A stretch of 64,000 nucleotides of DNA from Felis catus (lineage: Eukaryota). The stretch covers positions 60,514,001-60,578,000 of the forward strand of contig NC_058368.1 in NCBI RefSeq assembly GCF_018350175.1. The letters are read 5' to 3'. The translations under genes were made by a program, and so were the position numbers. Every line of letters begins with the position of its first letter. The first letter of the stretch is position 1. This document shows, in pieces, positions 1 through 12,572 of this stretch. The notes below the pieces were generated by a model. The model was not told the DNA's origin and did not search any database. It saw only the letters and a list, made by a program, of their open reading frames with translations.

Positions 1-144
1 ATTATTCTTAGCAGCTGATATCCACAACAACAAGAAGTAATCAGATACTGAATATTTTCTAAATACTAGTTTGTTGATCCTGCCTCACAACTAAATAAAG
101 TACATGGTTCAATTATCCACATTACATAGAGGTAGAAAGGCTTT

Positions 145-378
145 GGGGCGCCTCAGTGGCTCAGTCAGTTGGGTGTCTGGCTTCGGCTTAGGTCATGATC
201 TCACGGTTCGTGAGTTCAAGCCCCACGTCAGGCTCTGTGCTAACAGCTCAGAGCCTGGAGCCTGCTTTGGATTCTGTGTTTCCCTCTCTCCTTCTGCCCT
301 TCCCCTGCTCATGCTCTGTCTCTCTCTGTCTCAAAATAAATTAAAAAAAAAAACATTAAAAAAAAAGAAAAAAAAAAG
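145..378 (+). mobile_element. CanSINE (SINEC_Fc-like, tRNA-derived)
   Basis: GGGGCGCC..GTGGCTCAGTC head, GAGTTCAAGCCC B-box-like motif, (CT)n tract, AATAAA and A-rich tail. Confidence 0.95.
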
Positions 379-494
379 ACTGTTAGATATATTGGGATGT
401 CCGTGTTCACACAGCCATTAAGTATTTATGCAGTGTAACAATATCAAAACCTAGGACTAGGTATCCTAAATAAGTGCTTTTTTGGAATTTAATA

Positions 495-632
495 TACATT
501 TAGATGAACCAGGATCTTGTTAAAATACAAATTATGATTCAGTATGTCAGGGTTGGGGCTCAGGAGTCTGTAGTCCTAATAAGACCCCAGGTGATACTAA
601 TACTGCCCATCCGATAACCACACTATCACTAA
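495..632. mobile_element. MER5A-like hAT-Charlie fossil
   Basis: CTTGTTAAAATACAAATT...GATTCAGTA...CCCCAGGTGATACTAATACTGC resembles the MER5A core. Confidence 0.65.
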
Positions 633-829
633 TAAGGCTACAGAGTATGACTTTTTACTACTGAAGTATACTCCCTCACATGTGCATATCAACCAAATCA
701 ATCATAGGTAAAATACAAGTAATTATGGAATGACGAGATTCTAACATATGTTTAAGTATGATGGGTGGGGAGGCTGGGATCAGAAATTCCATTTAGGATA
801 ATAGAAGTTTAAATTGATAAAAAATGATT

Positions 830-1105
830 TTGGAGACACTATGGCACAGGCTTCCAAAATTGTAAATGCAAAAATGCAAAACTTTTTTGTATCCAGTTGT
901 GTGTCCATACATTTATCATAGAAATAGATTCTTGAATGTGCTTAAACATATTTATAAAGTGTTCATTGCAGCATTACTTGTAACAGCCCCCAAAGTGGAA
1001 TTCTCCAAAGTATTTGACAGTAGGAGATAGGTTAAATAAAATCAAATAAATCTTTCCAATGAAAAATTGGGCAGCATTCAAAAAGAAGGCATATTTCAAA
1101 ATGAC
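830..1105 (+). mobile_element. Ancient L1M 3'-end fragment
   Basis: TGTTCATTGCAGCATTACTTGTAACAGCC...CAGTAGGAGATAGGTTAAATAAA resembles the L1ME/MC 3' end. Confidence 0.6.
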
Positions 1106-1487
1106 CTTTTTGGAAAAGAACTCCATTTGTTTCAGTGTAGGTAGGGATTGTCTGTTTGATTCATGTCTGCAACATCCATACAGGTGAAGCATGCCTTTTA
1201 CGCAGCAGGTGCTCACAACTCAATACTTTTTTTGTTGTCTGAATGAAAGGATGACTTCCAAGATATTCTATGGAATGAAAAATATTATTTACAGGGCTTT
1301 CAGGGGGGATATTATAAATTTTGGGTAGAGGTAAAATTGTATTTTTTTTATACTGAATTCTATTATTTGGCTACTTAATGTCATCTTTGCTATTATATGG
1401 AAAATAAAATTAATTAAAATATACAGAAAGGAGAATCAACAATATCAAGAAGTTAGTATGTTAGTCCTCAGATCCCAATGTCTCTCT

Positions 1488-1648
1488 TTATTGTGGTCAA
1501 AAGCAAATAACATAAAAGTTACCATCTCGCCTATTTTTAAACGTACAGTTCTATAGGGTTAAATATTTTCACACTGTCATGAAAGAGAAACCAGATTTTT
1601 TTTTTAATCCTGCAAATTGAAAACTCTATACTCATTAAATAACAACCA
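1488..1648 (-). mobile_element. L1MB-like 3'-end fragment
   Basis: TTATTGTGGTCAAA...AACATAAAAGTTACCATCT...GTACAGTTC...AAACTCTATACTCATTAAATAACAAC. Confidence 0.65.
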
Positions 1649-1917
1649 TAGTCATAAAGGAAGAGCTTCAAGCCACTGTGTTAGGTCAAAGATCAATTTC
1701 CTTCCAAACTTCTTCCACATATTTTATCATGCATTTAAGTTGGTGTGGCCAAAATTAGCCTCAAGTCTTCCCTTTTATCATTTTTGAAGACATCTACTTT
1801 GTTTAATGCTGTTCCTCAAAATATGGGTATAACCAAAGTGAATTAAATGCTATAAAACTGATTTACACCACTATCTAGTTCTGCTTATAAATTCTATCAT
1901 ATAAAGTATTCCACAGA

Positions 1918-3100
1918 GGGGAGGAGCCAAGATAGCGGAACAGCATGGTAGTTTTTTGTGTGTTGAGCATCCATGAAATACCGCCAGAACAACACTAAAC
2001 CATCCTACACACCTAGAAAACTGATTGAAGGATTAACACAACAATCTGCACAAACTGAACCACAGAATTCAGCAGGTATGTGGCGCGGAGAGCTGAACTT
2101 GGGAAGGGAGAAGCTGCGAAACGTAGGCAAACGCTTTGGCGGGCTGAGAGAGGACAGAGACTGGGGAGCGGGGGAGAATACGGGGAAAGCATCCCTCCCC
2201 AAGTGTAGCTGGAGAGAAAGTGGAAAATTGGAAAGCCGCAGGGACTAAACAAAAAGGGAGAAAAGAGAAAGGAGAGGGTTTAAATTCCATTAAGACTGTA
2301 AACAAGGGGAGCGCAAAGGCTGCAACTCCACAGCTCCATACCTGGCAGTGCTCTGGTGGGAAGGGCGAATCCCCAGGAGCAGAGCGGGGTCCGGGGGGTT
2401 CTCGGGCCACATGGGGAAAAGCGGTTCCACTGCTGGAAGGACATTTGGTAGAGACTGTTGAAGCCACCTGGTCCCAGCAGACCCCAGAAGGCGGCCACAT
2501 TCGCTGGTGCTGGGGCAAGGTCATTAAGGGTGAAGTCTGGTTCCAGATGTGTGTTTTGATTTTCCATAATTCCTGAAAAGCTGCTGCTACACTGTCTCGC
2601 GAACTTTTTCTGGGGCGGGCTGGCACCTGGCTGCAGTCTCGGGGCACTGGCGGCAGCAAGGTCCAGCGGGCGTTCCTGGGTGCAGCCAACATTCGGCCAT
2701 CGCTCATTCAGCCATTGCTAGGTGAGAACCTCCCTCAGAGGGGCGGAACAGGTCAAAGCTGCAGTCCTTCAGAAGTAAGGGGCCGGTGAAAACAGCCGCA
2801 TCTGAGACAAACTCGGGAGAGAGGCACTGCCTGGGGCCTGGTCACGGACAGTGAAAATGCGGAGAGTGGACGAGAGCTGAAGACCGAGGACTCAACTGCT
2901 GATCGGGGAGAACAGACTGGGTAGCTGGGTGGTGCATTTTCACCACTCTAGCACATGCGCATAGGCACCTACAAGTGCCCCAGCAATCCACCCCAGTAGG
3001 CGAGCAGCACCATCTAGTGGAGAGCAGAGCTGTTACACAGAGGCCCACCCAACTGGGCCAACTTTGCTTTTCAGGAACACAAGTCTCACAGCCGGCTTAG
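1918..3100 (+). promoter_or_regulatory. L1 5'UTR internal promoter / CpG-rich region
   Basis: GC- and CpG-rich relative to the flanks; YY1-site variant CAAGATAGCG at 1928-1937. Confidence 0.75.
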
Positions 3101-3244
3101 TTTATGGACTACAAAGAGCTACATAGACTGACTTCTAGGGGAAAACAAAGCAATTTCAGTCCTACTTCAATCCGTTAGCAGGTTCATCTGTTCTATTTGC
3201 TTTCTTTTTTTTCTTTTTCATTTTCTCCTTTACAATTCTTTCCT

Positions 3245-3885
3245 TTTTCTTGAATACGCAAAGAGAAAAAAAATCATTTTTATTTTCAATTTTTATTAAA
3301 ATACTTTTCTTTAATTTTTATTATTATACTTTTTACTTTTGTGTAAATTTTTTCAAATTCTATGATACTTCCATCATTTTATTTAATCTACTTCAGTGTA
3401 TTCACCTTTTCAGATTTTGAAACAATTTCCTTTTTTTCTTTCCTTTTCTTTTTTTCGCTTTTTCATTTCTTTTCTTTTTATTGAATGCAGAAAGAGAAAA
3501 ACTTCATTTTTACTATCAATTTCTATTAAAAATATTTTTACTTAATTTTATTACTATATTTTTGCTTTTATGTAGTATTTTTCAAGTTCTATTTTACTTC
3601 CATCATTTTATTTTAGTCTACTAGTGTATTCACTTCTTCAAATTTTCAAGTGATTTCTTTTTTTCCTTTTTTATTCTCTTTTTCATTTTATTTCTTTTTT
3701 CTTAAATACAAAAGAGGAAAAATTCATATTTATTAATATTTATTAAAAATATTTTTCTTTAATTTTTTCTACTATATTCTTTACTTTTGTGTAATTTTTT
3801 TCAAATTCTATTTTACCCCCATCATCTCATTTTAGTCTACTTCACTGTATTCATTTTTTCAAGTTCTCAAATGATTTCCTTTACC
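3245..3885 (+). repeat. About three diverged ~225-bp T-rich tandem units in the distal L1 5'UTR
   Basis: Units begin near 3248, 3478 and 3699, each with AAAGAG(A/G)AAAA..TCAT..TATTAAAA..TTCAA(A/G)TTCTAT..CCATCAT..TCTACT..TGTATTCA. Confidence 0.85.
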
Positions 3886-4072
3886 TGCCCCCTTTTTTTT
3901 CTCTAATCTGTCAAACCACTTTCAACACCTACACAAAAACACACCTAGGATCTAGCATCATCTATTGGATTTCAGTGTGTGTGTGTGTTTTTAATTTTTA
4001 ATTTTAATATTTTTTAATTATATTTTTTAATTTCAATTTTTCTGCCTCATTAATTCCTTTTCTCCCTTCAAA

Positions 4073-5184
4073 ATGACACAACGAACGAATTCACCTCAAA
4101 AGAAAGAGCAGGAAGAAACAACAGACAGGGATATAACCAACATATATACGAGCAAGATGTCTGAAACAGAATTTAGAATCATGATAATAAAAATATGAGC
4201 TGGAGTAGAAAATAGGTTAGAATCCCTTTCTGCAGAGATAAAAGAAGTAACAAATAGCCAGAATGAAATTAAAAATCCTATAACTGAGCTGCATTCATGG
4301 ATGGATGCTGCGGTGGCAAGGATGGATGGGGCAGAAAAGAGAATCAGCAATATAGAGGACAAACTTATAGAAAATAATGAAGCAGAAAAAAAAGAGGGAG
4401 ATGCAGGCAAGAGCACGATTTAAGAGTTAGAGAAATCAGTGACTCATTAAAAAGGAACAACATCAAAAGCACAGGGGTCCCAGAGGAGGAAGAGAGAGAA
4501 ATAGGGCTAGAAGGGTTATGTGAGCAAATCATAGCACAAAACTTTCCTAACTTGGGGAAAGACACACACATCAAAATCCAGGAAGCACAGAGGACCCCAT
4601 TAGATTCAACAAAAACCGACCATCAACAAGGCATATCACATTCAAATTCACAAAATTCTCAGACAAGGAAATAATCATGAAAGCAGCAAGGGAAAAAAAA
4701 GTCCCTAACCTACAAGGGAAGACAGATCAGGCTCGCAATAGACCTATCCACAGAAACGTGGCATGCCAGAAAGGAGTTGCGGGATATATTCAACGTGCTG
4801 AATCAGAAAAACATATAGCCAAAAATTCTTTTTTTTTTTTTAATTTTTTTTAATGTTTATTTATTTTTGACCAGAGACAGAGCATGAACGGGGGAGGGTC
4901 AGAGAGAGAGGGAGGCACAGAATCTGAAGCAGGCTCCAGGCTCTGAGCTGTTAGCATGGAGCCCGATGTGGGGCTCGAACTCACGGACCGCAAGATCATG
5001 ACCTGAGCCAAAGTCAGACGCTTAACCGACTGAGCCACCCAGGTGCCCCATGAGAATTCTTTATCTAGCAAGGCTGTCATTCAAAAGAGAAGTAGAGATT
5101 AAAGGTTTCCCAGACAAACAAAAATTAAAGGAGTTCATGACCACTAAATCAGCTGTGCAAAAAATTTTAAGGGGGACTCTCTGA
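4073..5184 (+). pseudogene. L1 ORF1p (RNA-binding/chaperone), disrupted
   Basis: ATG at 4073 (MTQRTNSPQKKEQEE...MSETEFRIMIIKI); in-frame TGA at 4196; frameshifts; SINE insertion at 4831-5049. Confidence 0.9.
4831..5049 (-). mobile_element. CanSINE nested in L1 ORF1
   Basis: Antisense SINE; short TSD A(A/G)AATTCTTT on both sides; L1 ORF1 resumes at ~5053. Confidence 0.95.
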
Positions 5185-5198
5185 GGGGAGAAAAGATG

Positions 5199-5200
<2 letters not shown>

Positions 5201-5246
<46 letters not shown>
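5201..5246. repeat. (AT)n microsatellite in the L1 inter-ORF spacer
   Basis: About 23 AT units. Confidence 0.95.
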
Positions 5247-5249
<3 letters not shown>

Positions 5250-5319
5250 AAAAGTAACACAGACTAGAAAAGACTAGAGAACACCACCAGAAATTCCAAC
5301 AGACAAGCATCATAATGGA

Positions 5320-8300
5320 ATGAATCCATATCTTTCAGTACTCATTCTAAACGTCAGTGGACTCAATGCTCCAATCAAAAGACATAGGGTAACAGAATGG
5401 ATAAGAAAACAAGATCCACCTATATGCTGTTTACAAGAGACACACTTTAGACCGAAAGACACCTTCAGATTGAAAATAAGGGGATGGAGAACCATCTATC
5501 ATGCTAATGGTCAACAAAAGATAGCCCAAGTAGTCATACTTATATCAGACAATCTAGGCCTTAAAACAAAGACTGTATCAAGAGATGCAGAAGGGCATTA
5601 TATCATAATCAAGGGGTCTATCCACCAAGAAGACCTAACAATTGTAAACATTTATGTGCCAAATGTGAGAGCACCCAAACATATAAATCAACTAATCACA
5701 AACAAACAACAAAAAAACCCATCGGTGGTAATACCATAATAGTAGGAGACTTCAACACCCCACTCACAGCAATGGACAGATCATCTAATCAAAAATTCAA
5801 CAAGGAAACAATGACTTTGAATGACACACCAGACCAGATGGACTTCACAGATATATTCAGCACATTTCATCCTAAAGCAGCAGAATATTCATTCTCCTCC
5901 AGTGCACATGGAACGTTCTCCAGAATAGACCATATACTGGGACACAAATCAGCCCTAACTAAGTACAAAAAGATCGAGATCATACTGTGCATATTTTCAG
6001 ACCACAACACTATGAAACTCGAAATCAACCACAAGGAAAAATTTGGAAAGGTAACAAATACTTGGAGACTGAAGAACATCCTACTAAAGAATGAATGAGT
6101 TAACCGAGAAGTTGAAGAGGAAATTAAAAAGTAGATGGAAGCCAGTGAAAATGATAACACCACAACCCAAAACCTCTGGGACCCAGCAAAGGCGGTCATA
6201 AGAGGAAAGTATGTAGCAAGAGGCCTTCCTAAAGAGGGAAGAAAGATCTCAGATACACAACCTAACCTAATGCCTTAAGGAGCTGGAAAAAGAACAGCAA
6301 ATACAACCCAAAACCAGCAGAAGACAGGAAAAAATAAAGATTAGAGCAGAAATTAATGCTATCGAACCCAGAAAACAGTAGAACAGATCAATGAAACCAG
6401 AAGCTGGTTCTTTGAAAGAATTAACAAAATTGACAAACGACCAACCAGTTTGATCAAGAAGAAAAAGGAAAGGACCTAAATACATCAAATCAGGAATGAA
6501 ACAGGAGAGATCAGAACCAACACAGCAGAAATAAAAACAATAATAAGAAAATATTTGAGCAATTATATGCCAATAAAATGGGCAATCTGGAAGAAATGGA
6601 CAAATTCCTAGAAACATAAACACTACCAAAACTGAAACAGGAAGAAATAGAAAATTTGAACAGACCCATAACCAGTAAGGAAATCGAATTAGTAATCAAA
6701 AATCTGCCAAAAAAAAAAAAAAAAAAAAAGGGTCCAAGGCAGGATGGCTTTCCAGGGGAATTCTACCAATCATTTAAGGAAGAGTTAACACCTATTCTCT
6801 TGAAGGTGTTCCAAAAAATAGAAATGGAAGGAAAACTCCCAAACTCGTTCTATGGAAGCCAGCATTACCTTGATTCCAAAACCAGACAGATACCCCACTA
6901 AAAAGGAAAACTATCGACCGATTTCCCTGATGAACATGGATGCAAAAATCCTCAACAAGGTATTAGCCAACCTGACCCAACAATACAGTTAAAAAATTAT
7001 TCACCACGACCAAGTGGGAATTATCCCTGGGATGCAGGGCTGGTTCAATATCCAGAAAACAATTAACATGATTCATCACATCAAGAAAAGAAAACACAAG
7101 AACCATATGATCCTCTCAATAGATGCAGAGAAAGCATTTGACAAAATACAGCATCCTTTCTTGATAAAAATGCTCAAGAAAGTAGGAATAGAAGGATCGT
7201 TCCTCGAGATCATAAAAGCCATATATGAATGACCCAACGCTAAGATCATCCTCAATGGGGAAAAACTGACAGCTTTCCCCCTAAGGTCAGGAACAAGACA
7301 GGGATGTCCACTCTCACCACGGTTATTCAACGTATTATTGGATGTCTTAGCCTCTGCAATCACACAACGCAAAGAAATAAAAGGCATCCAAATCAGCCAT
7401 GAGGAGGTGAAACTTTCACTTTTCACAGATGACATGATACTCTATATGGAAAACCCAAAAGATTCCACAAAAAAACTGCTAGAATTAATCCATGAATTCA
7501 GCAAAGTTTCAGGAGATAAAATCAATGCACAGAAATCGGTTGCATTCTTATACACCAACAATGAAGCGACAGAAAGAGAAATCAAGGCATTGATCCCATT
7601 TACAGTTGCACCAAAAACCATAAAATACCTAGGAATAAACCTCCCCAAAGAGGTGAAAAATCTATATGCTGAAAATTATAGAAAGCTTAGGAAAGAAATT
7701 GAAGAAGACACAAAAAATGGAAAAAGATTCCATGCTCCTGGATAGGAAGAACAAATATTGTTCAAATGTCGAAACTACCCAAAGCAATCTACATATTCAA
7801 TGCAATCCCTATCAAAGTAACACCAGCGTTCTTCACAAAGCTAGAACAAATAATCCTAAAATTTGTATGGAACCAGAAAAGACCCCGAATAGCCAAAGCA
7901 ATCTTGAAAAAGAAAACCAAAGCAGGAGGCATCACAATCCCAGTCTTCAAGCTACACTACAAAGCTGTAATCATCAAGACAGTATGGTACTGGCACAACA
8001 ACAGACACTCAGATCAATGGAACAGAATAGAGAACCCAAACATGGACCCACAAACGTATGGGCAACTAATCTTTGACAAAGCAGGAGGGAATATCCAATG
8101 GAATAAAGACAGTCTCTTCAGCAAGTGATGCTGGGAAAACTGGACAGCGACATGCAGAAGAATGAACCTGGACCACTTTCTTACACCATACACAAAAATA
8201 AGCTCAAAATGGATGAAAGACCTCAATGTAAGAGAAGAAGCCATCAAAATCTGAGGAGAAAGCAGACAACAACTTCTTTGGCCTTGGCCACAGCAACATC

Positions 8301-8991
8301 TTACTCAGGAAGTCTCTGGAGGTAAGGGAAACAAAAGAAAAAATCAACTACTGGGACCTTGTGAAAATTAAAAGCTTCTGCACAGCGAAGGAAACAATCA
8401 GAAAAACAAAAAGCAAGCAACAGAATGGGAGAAGATATTTGCAAATGACATACCAGATAAAGGGTTAGTATCCAAAATCGATAAAGAACTTATCAAACTC
8501 AACACCCAAAAAACAAAGAATCCAGTGAAGAAATGGGCAAAAGACATGAATAGACACTTCTCCAAGGAAGACATCCAGATGGCCAAGTGACACATGAAAA
8601 CATGCTCAACATCACTCATCATCAGGGAAATCCAAATCAAAACCACAATGAGATACCACCTTACACCTGTCAGAATGGCTAACATTAACAACTCAGGCGA
8701 CAACAGATGTTGGTGAGGATGCAGAGAAAGAGGATCTCTTTTGCATTGTTGGTGGGAATGCAAGCTGGTGTGGCCACTCTGGAAAACAGTATGGAGGTTC
8801 CTCAAAAAACTAAAAATAGAATTCCCCTACCACCCAGCAATTGCAATACTCAGCATTTATCCATGGGATATAGGTTTGCTGTTTCAAAGGGGCACATGTG
8901 TCCCCATGTTTATAGCAGCACTATCAACAATAGCCAAAGTATGGTAAGAGCCCAAACGTCCATCGATGGATGAATGGATAAAGAAGATGTG

Positions 8992-9038
<47 letters not shown>

Positions 9039-9123
9039 CATACATGTGTATATATATGTATATACACATATATACACATATATACACATATATATACACA
9101 TATATACATATATACATATAAAC

Positions 9124-9160
<37 letters not shown>

Positions 9161-9276
9161 ATGGAGTATTTCTTGGCAATCAAAAAAATGAAATCTTGCC
9201 CTTTGCAACTACGTGGAGGGAACTGGAGGGTATCATGCTAAGTGAAATTAGTCAAAGAAAGACAAACATCATATGA
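5320..9276 (+). pseudogene. L1 ORF2p (APE endonuclease, reverse transcriptase, Cys-rich C-terminus), multiply disrupted
   Basis: LNVSGLNAPIKRHR..CCLQETH and FSDHN (endonuclease); [31 protein letters not shown] (RT); HCWWECKLV (C-terminal); split over many short ORFs by stops and frameshifts. Confidence 0.96.
8991..9160. repeat. Compound (TG)/(TA)/(CA) microsatellite within the L1 ORF2 3' end
   Basis: Direct reading; lies between ATGTGG and CAATGGAGTATT. Confidence 0.95.
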
Positions 9277-10106
9277 CTTCACTCATATGAGGACTTTAAG
9301 AGACAAACAGATGAACATAAGGGAAGGGAAACAAAATTAATATAAAAAGAGAGAGGGGGAGGAAACAGAAGAGATGCATAAATATGGAGAACAAACTTAG
9401 GGTTGCTGGAGGGGTTGTGGGAGGGGGGATGGGCAAAATGATTTAGGGGCATTAAGGAATCTACTCCTGAAGCCTTTTGCACTGTACGCTAACTAATTTG
9501 GATGCAAATTTTAAAAAATAAAAAATAAAATTAAAAAAATAAAGTATTCCACAGAAATTGTGAGAGAATTTGCAATTAAGAAGGGTGATAGAACCAAAAG
9601 AAAATGGTTTATTATATATTCCAAATCTATTTGCGTACGAATAATGTAATAGCTATATTTATCTTTCAACTCTGCCAAAATTTAGTTGTAAATAAAATAG
9701 AACCTGCTCAAAATCTGGCACAGGCTAAATTATGAGTCCAAATCCTAGGGCTTTGTGATGCAATTCATACGATTTACAACTACTATGCCCTTTTGTTTTG
9801 TTTTTTTCAATTTTAGAACATGTAAACATGCCTTTTCCTTGAGATTAAGCCAGATACTTCTTTTGTTCTTTAGGCTTTCAACTGTTTACTAGGATATATG
9901 GATATTAAAATATTTCAAAATCCTTGAGAGCAGAAACTCCATCCTGAAGTCCTGACTTATGTCACTAAATATTTGAGTCCTGTAATGCTACATTCTCTTG
10001 GGATGATTTCACCACCTGACGATTTGAAGAACATCATTCCAAGCTCAGCGTTAACATGTGATATGGCCAGTATTCAGATATAGCTAGAACTACTGTTTCA
10101 TTTATC

Positions 10107-10146
10107 TTTTTTTTTTAATTTAGTTATTTATTTTTAGAAAGAGAGA

Positions 10147-10196
<50 letters not shown>

Positions 10197-10321
10197 CTCA
10201 AGCAGGCTCAAACCATCAGCGCAGAGCCCAACCTGGCACTTAAACACACAAACTGTGAGATCATGACCTGAGCTAAAATCAACAGTCAGATGCTTAACCG
10301 ACTGAGCCACCCAGGTGTCCC
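10107..10321 (-). mobile_element. CanSINE
   Basis: Poly-T, (GA)n, TCATGACCTGAGC, CTGAGCCACCCAGGTGTCCC. Confidence 0.93.
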
Positions 10322-10980
10322 TATTACATTAATCCTATTTCAATCTTTCAAATTCCCTTTTTTTTTTTTTTTTTTGGTGCACTGAAATCTGACTGCAGTA
10401 GAGTTGCATTTTACACAGAGAGTATCTTTTGAGTGCAAAATGATACACCTTGATGGTATGGTCTTGAGTGAGGGCTTGGGATGTCAGATGTACTTATGGC
10501 AAAGCTGGTTGACTCCACAGAGTTCTGATTGGTCATCAGGTTCTGTTTGCAGGATGCGAAGGGTGAAGGTTATCTGTATTGCCCTCCGCAGTGGAAATCT
10601 CTGGAAACCTCTGTCTTATATTCTTAAATTTGTAATCTGCCGTATAGTGTACCATTTATCTGAACAATGACTTATATAAACAGAAAATTATCTATAAATT
10701 TCTAAGAAGCATACGCCAGATATAAAAAAAAGGGGCTATGTTTTAACTTTAAATTTTTTAAAATGTGGACAAGTCTGAAGTATTTATTTCAGAAGAATAA
10801 TGTGGCACAAGAATTATCTGTAATAATATGGTCACAAATCTTTACATGAATATTTGTACCTGAAGCAATAGAAAAAAAGAAACATTTTAAAAACTGCAAA
10901 AAAAAAAAAGTGGACTTTATAAACTAAAAATGAGTTAGATTCACCAATCCGGAGAACATACTTTCAGATGCACATGAAGA

Positions 10981-11175
10981 CAGTAATTCTCCAGGTGTAT
11001 TCTAGGGTCTGGAATTATAAGCATGACAAAAGAAACTTTTATAAATGCAAATTATCAGGCTCATTGCAGACCAAATGAATCCAAAGGGAGAAAGGTTAGC
11101 CAACTCATTTTAAAGATCCGCTCCCTAGTCCCCCAAGAGATTATGTAGCATGATACAGGTTGTAAATTACTGCTA
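10981..11175. mobile_element. MER5A/MER5A1-like hAT fossil
   Basis: CAGTAATTCTC...AAATGCAAATTATCAGG...CAGGTTGTAAATTACTG with degenerate terminal inverted repeats. Confidence 0.55.
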
Positions 11176-12409
11176 TAAACTATGGTGTAAGATATGGTAA
11201 ATCATTCCCCACTCTTTCATCAGTGCAGGTAATCTTAAATTAAAAAAGAGAACAAAAACTCAACTGTACCAAGTATAAATTTGACATTTCATCTTGTAGC
11301 CCAAGTACAATTTTAAGTGACACCAAATTTAGTCTTTGTTCTCACGTTTCTCTACTTCCATTTGTAGCTTTGATAATAGTTCAATGGAGTTTACCATGTA
11401 TTTGTATATACTCTTAAACTGAGTTTTCAGTGATCGTGGCTCATCAAGGTTAATTGTGACACCAATAATTTCTATTTCAGTGCTCATGGCTTGTGAGACT
11501 GCAGGTGTGGCTGGCTTCTGACAGCATTCCAAGTGTAGAGCACCCTCTGCTCTCCAGTTGAGCCTAAGATACTAATACAGGGGTCACTGTGAAAAGCTAA
11601 TTTTAGGTAGCTTCCGGAGGCTATGATTCTTGCCACAAAGTGGCTAATTATGAATTCTATGGCGTGAATGATACTTTTTTTCTTCCTACTGTTACCTTGT
11701 TCCCAGTCTTGCCACCATATAAACCCAGTATAGCGTATGGGCATTTGACATTGACAACCTGGAAGGCTCAGAAGAAATGTAACGTGAACTAAAATATCCA
11801 TGAAATTGCTATAAAGGTTAATTTGAAGATGGGCAATTTTAGGCAAATGTTGAGACTGAGAAAACAATTTTTGCTCTAGTACAACTTTAATAGGACTTGT
11901 GTCGTGAAACTAAACTAAGATTTGAGAAGATTATACGAAAAAATGTTTACTTGCTGACATCAGATACCAGCAGTCTGATTACCATTTAGGACTTAAGTAG
12001 TGATAGTGTTTATTTAATAAATGTGTATATGCAATTTTGTGGTATATGGATGGGATTTTTTTGCATGCACTTTTATGCATTAATAAAATTCATAGTGTCT
12101 TTTGTTTTTTTTTTTTTTTTCATTGTACACACTTTCAGATTTTCTTTGGGCCTCTTGCTAGCACTCCCAGTGGCAACCATGTGTTCACATGGTGCCATTA
12201 TTCTCATAGTTGAATCTGAGTACCTATTGTGAATTTGTGAGGTGGCCCGATGGGATTAGATTTATACAATTTTTAAGGAGATGTACACCTAGCAAAGTGA
12301 AGTCACTTATGCAATAACTAAACTGACAGTTTTTCGTATTATAACACAGGAATTTCATTGAAATAAGGATCAAGAATTTGATTAAGTTGAATTCAAAGAC
12401 ACACTAAGG

Positions 12410-12572
12410 CTTGCTATTCCAGGTGTGGTCTGGAGACTGTTAGCATCAGCGTCACCTGCATCCTTATCAGAAACACATAATCTGAGGAATCAGCACAGAC
12501 TGAAGTGGAATCTGTTTTGAACAAGATTCCAGATCATTGGTATGTTTATTAGAATTTCAGGCGCACAGACTG
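12410..12572. mobile_element. MER5B-like hAT fossil
   Basis: GTGTGGTC...AGCATCAGCGTCACCTG...TTTTGAACAAGATTCCAGAT. Confidence 0.6.

Larger units (their letters stand above)
1918..9538 (+). mobile_element. Full-length carnivore/felid LINE-1, inactivated
   Basis: Starts GGGGAGGAGCCAAGAT; CpG-rich 5'UTR, ORF1, ORF2, 3'UTR and A-rich tail; perfect 17-bp TSD ATAAAGTATTCCACAGA at 1901-1917 and 9539-9555. Confidence 0.98.

Noticed and set aside
104..421. SINE-derived ORFs (also 12804, 18382, 36537, 41471, 45189, 49256, 50895, 54194)
   Set aside because: They are translations of CanSINE sequence with recurring GSGHDL/EPGACF/LEPASDSVS peptides, not genes.
8884..9276. YI/HT/CV-rich ORFs (also 15952, 17040-17413, 47457)
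   Set aside because: Stop-free frames through dinucleotide microsatellites.
11329..11867. Two overlapping minus-strand ORFs (67 and 127 aa) in unique sequence
   Set aside because: Non-ATG starts, no recognisable domain, no convincing flanking splice structure.
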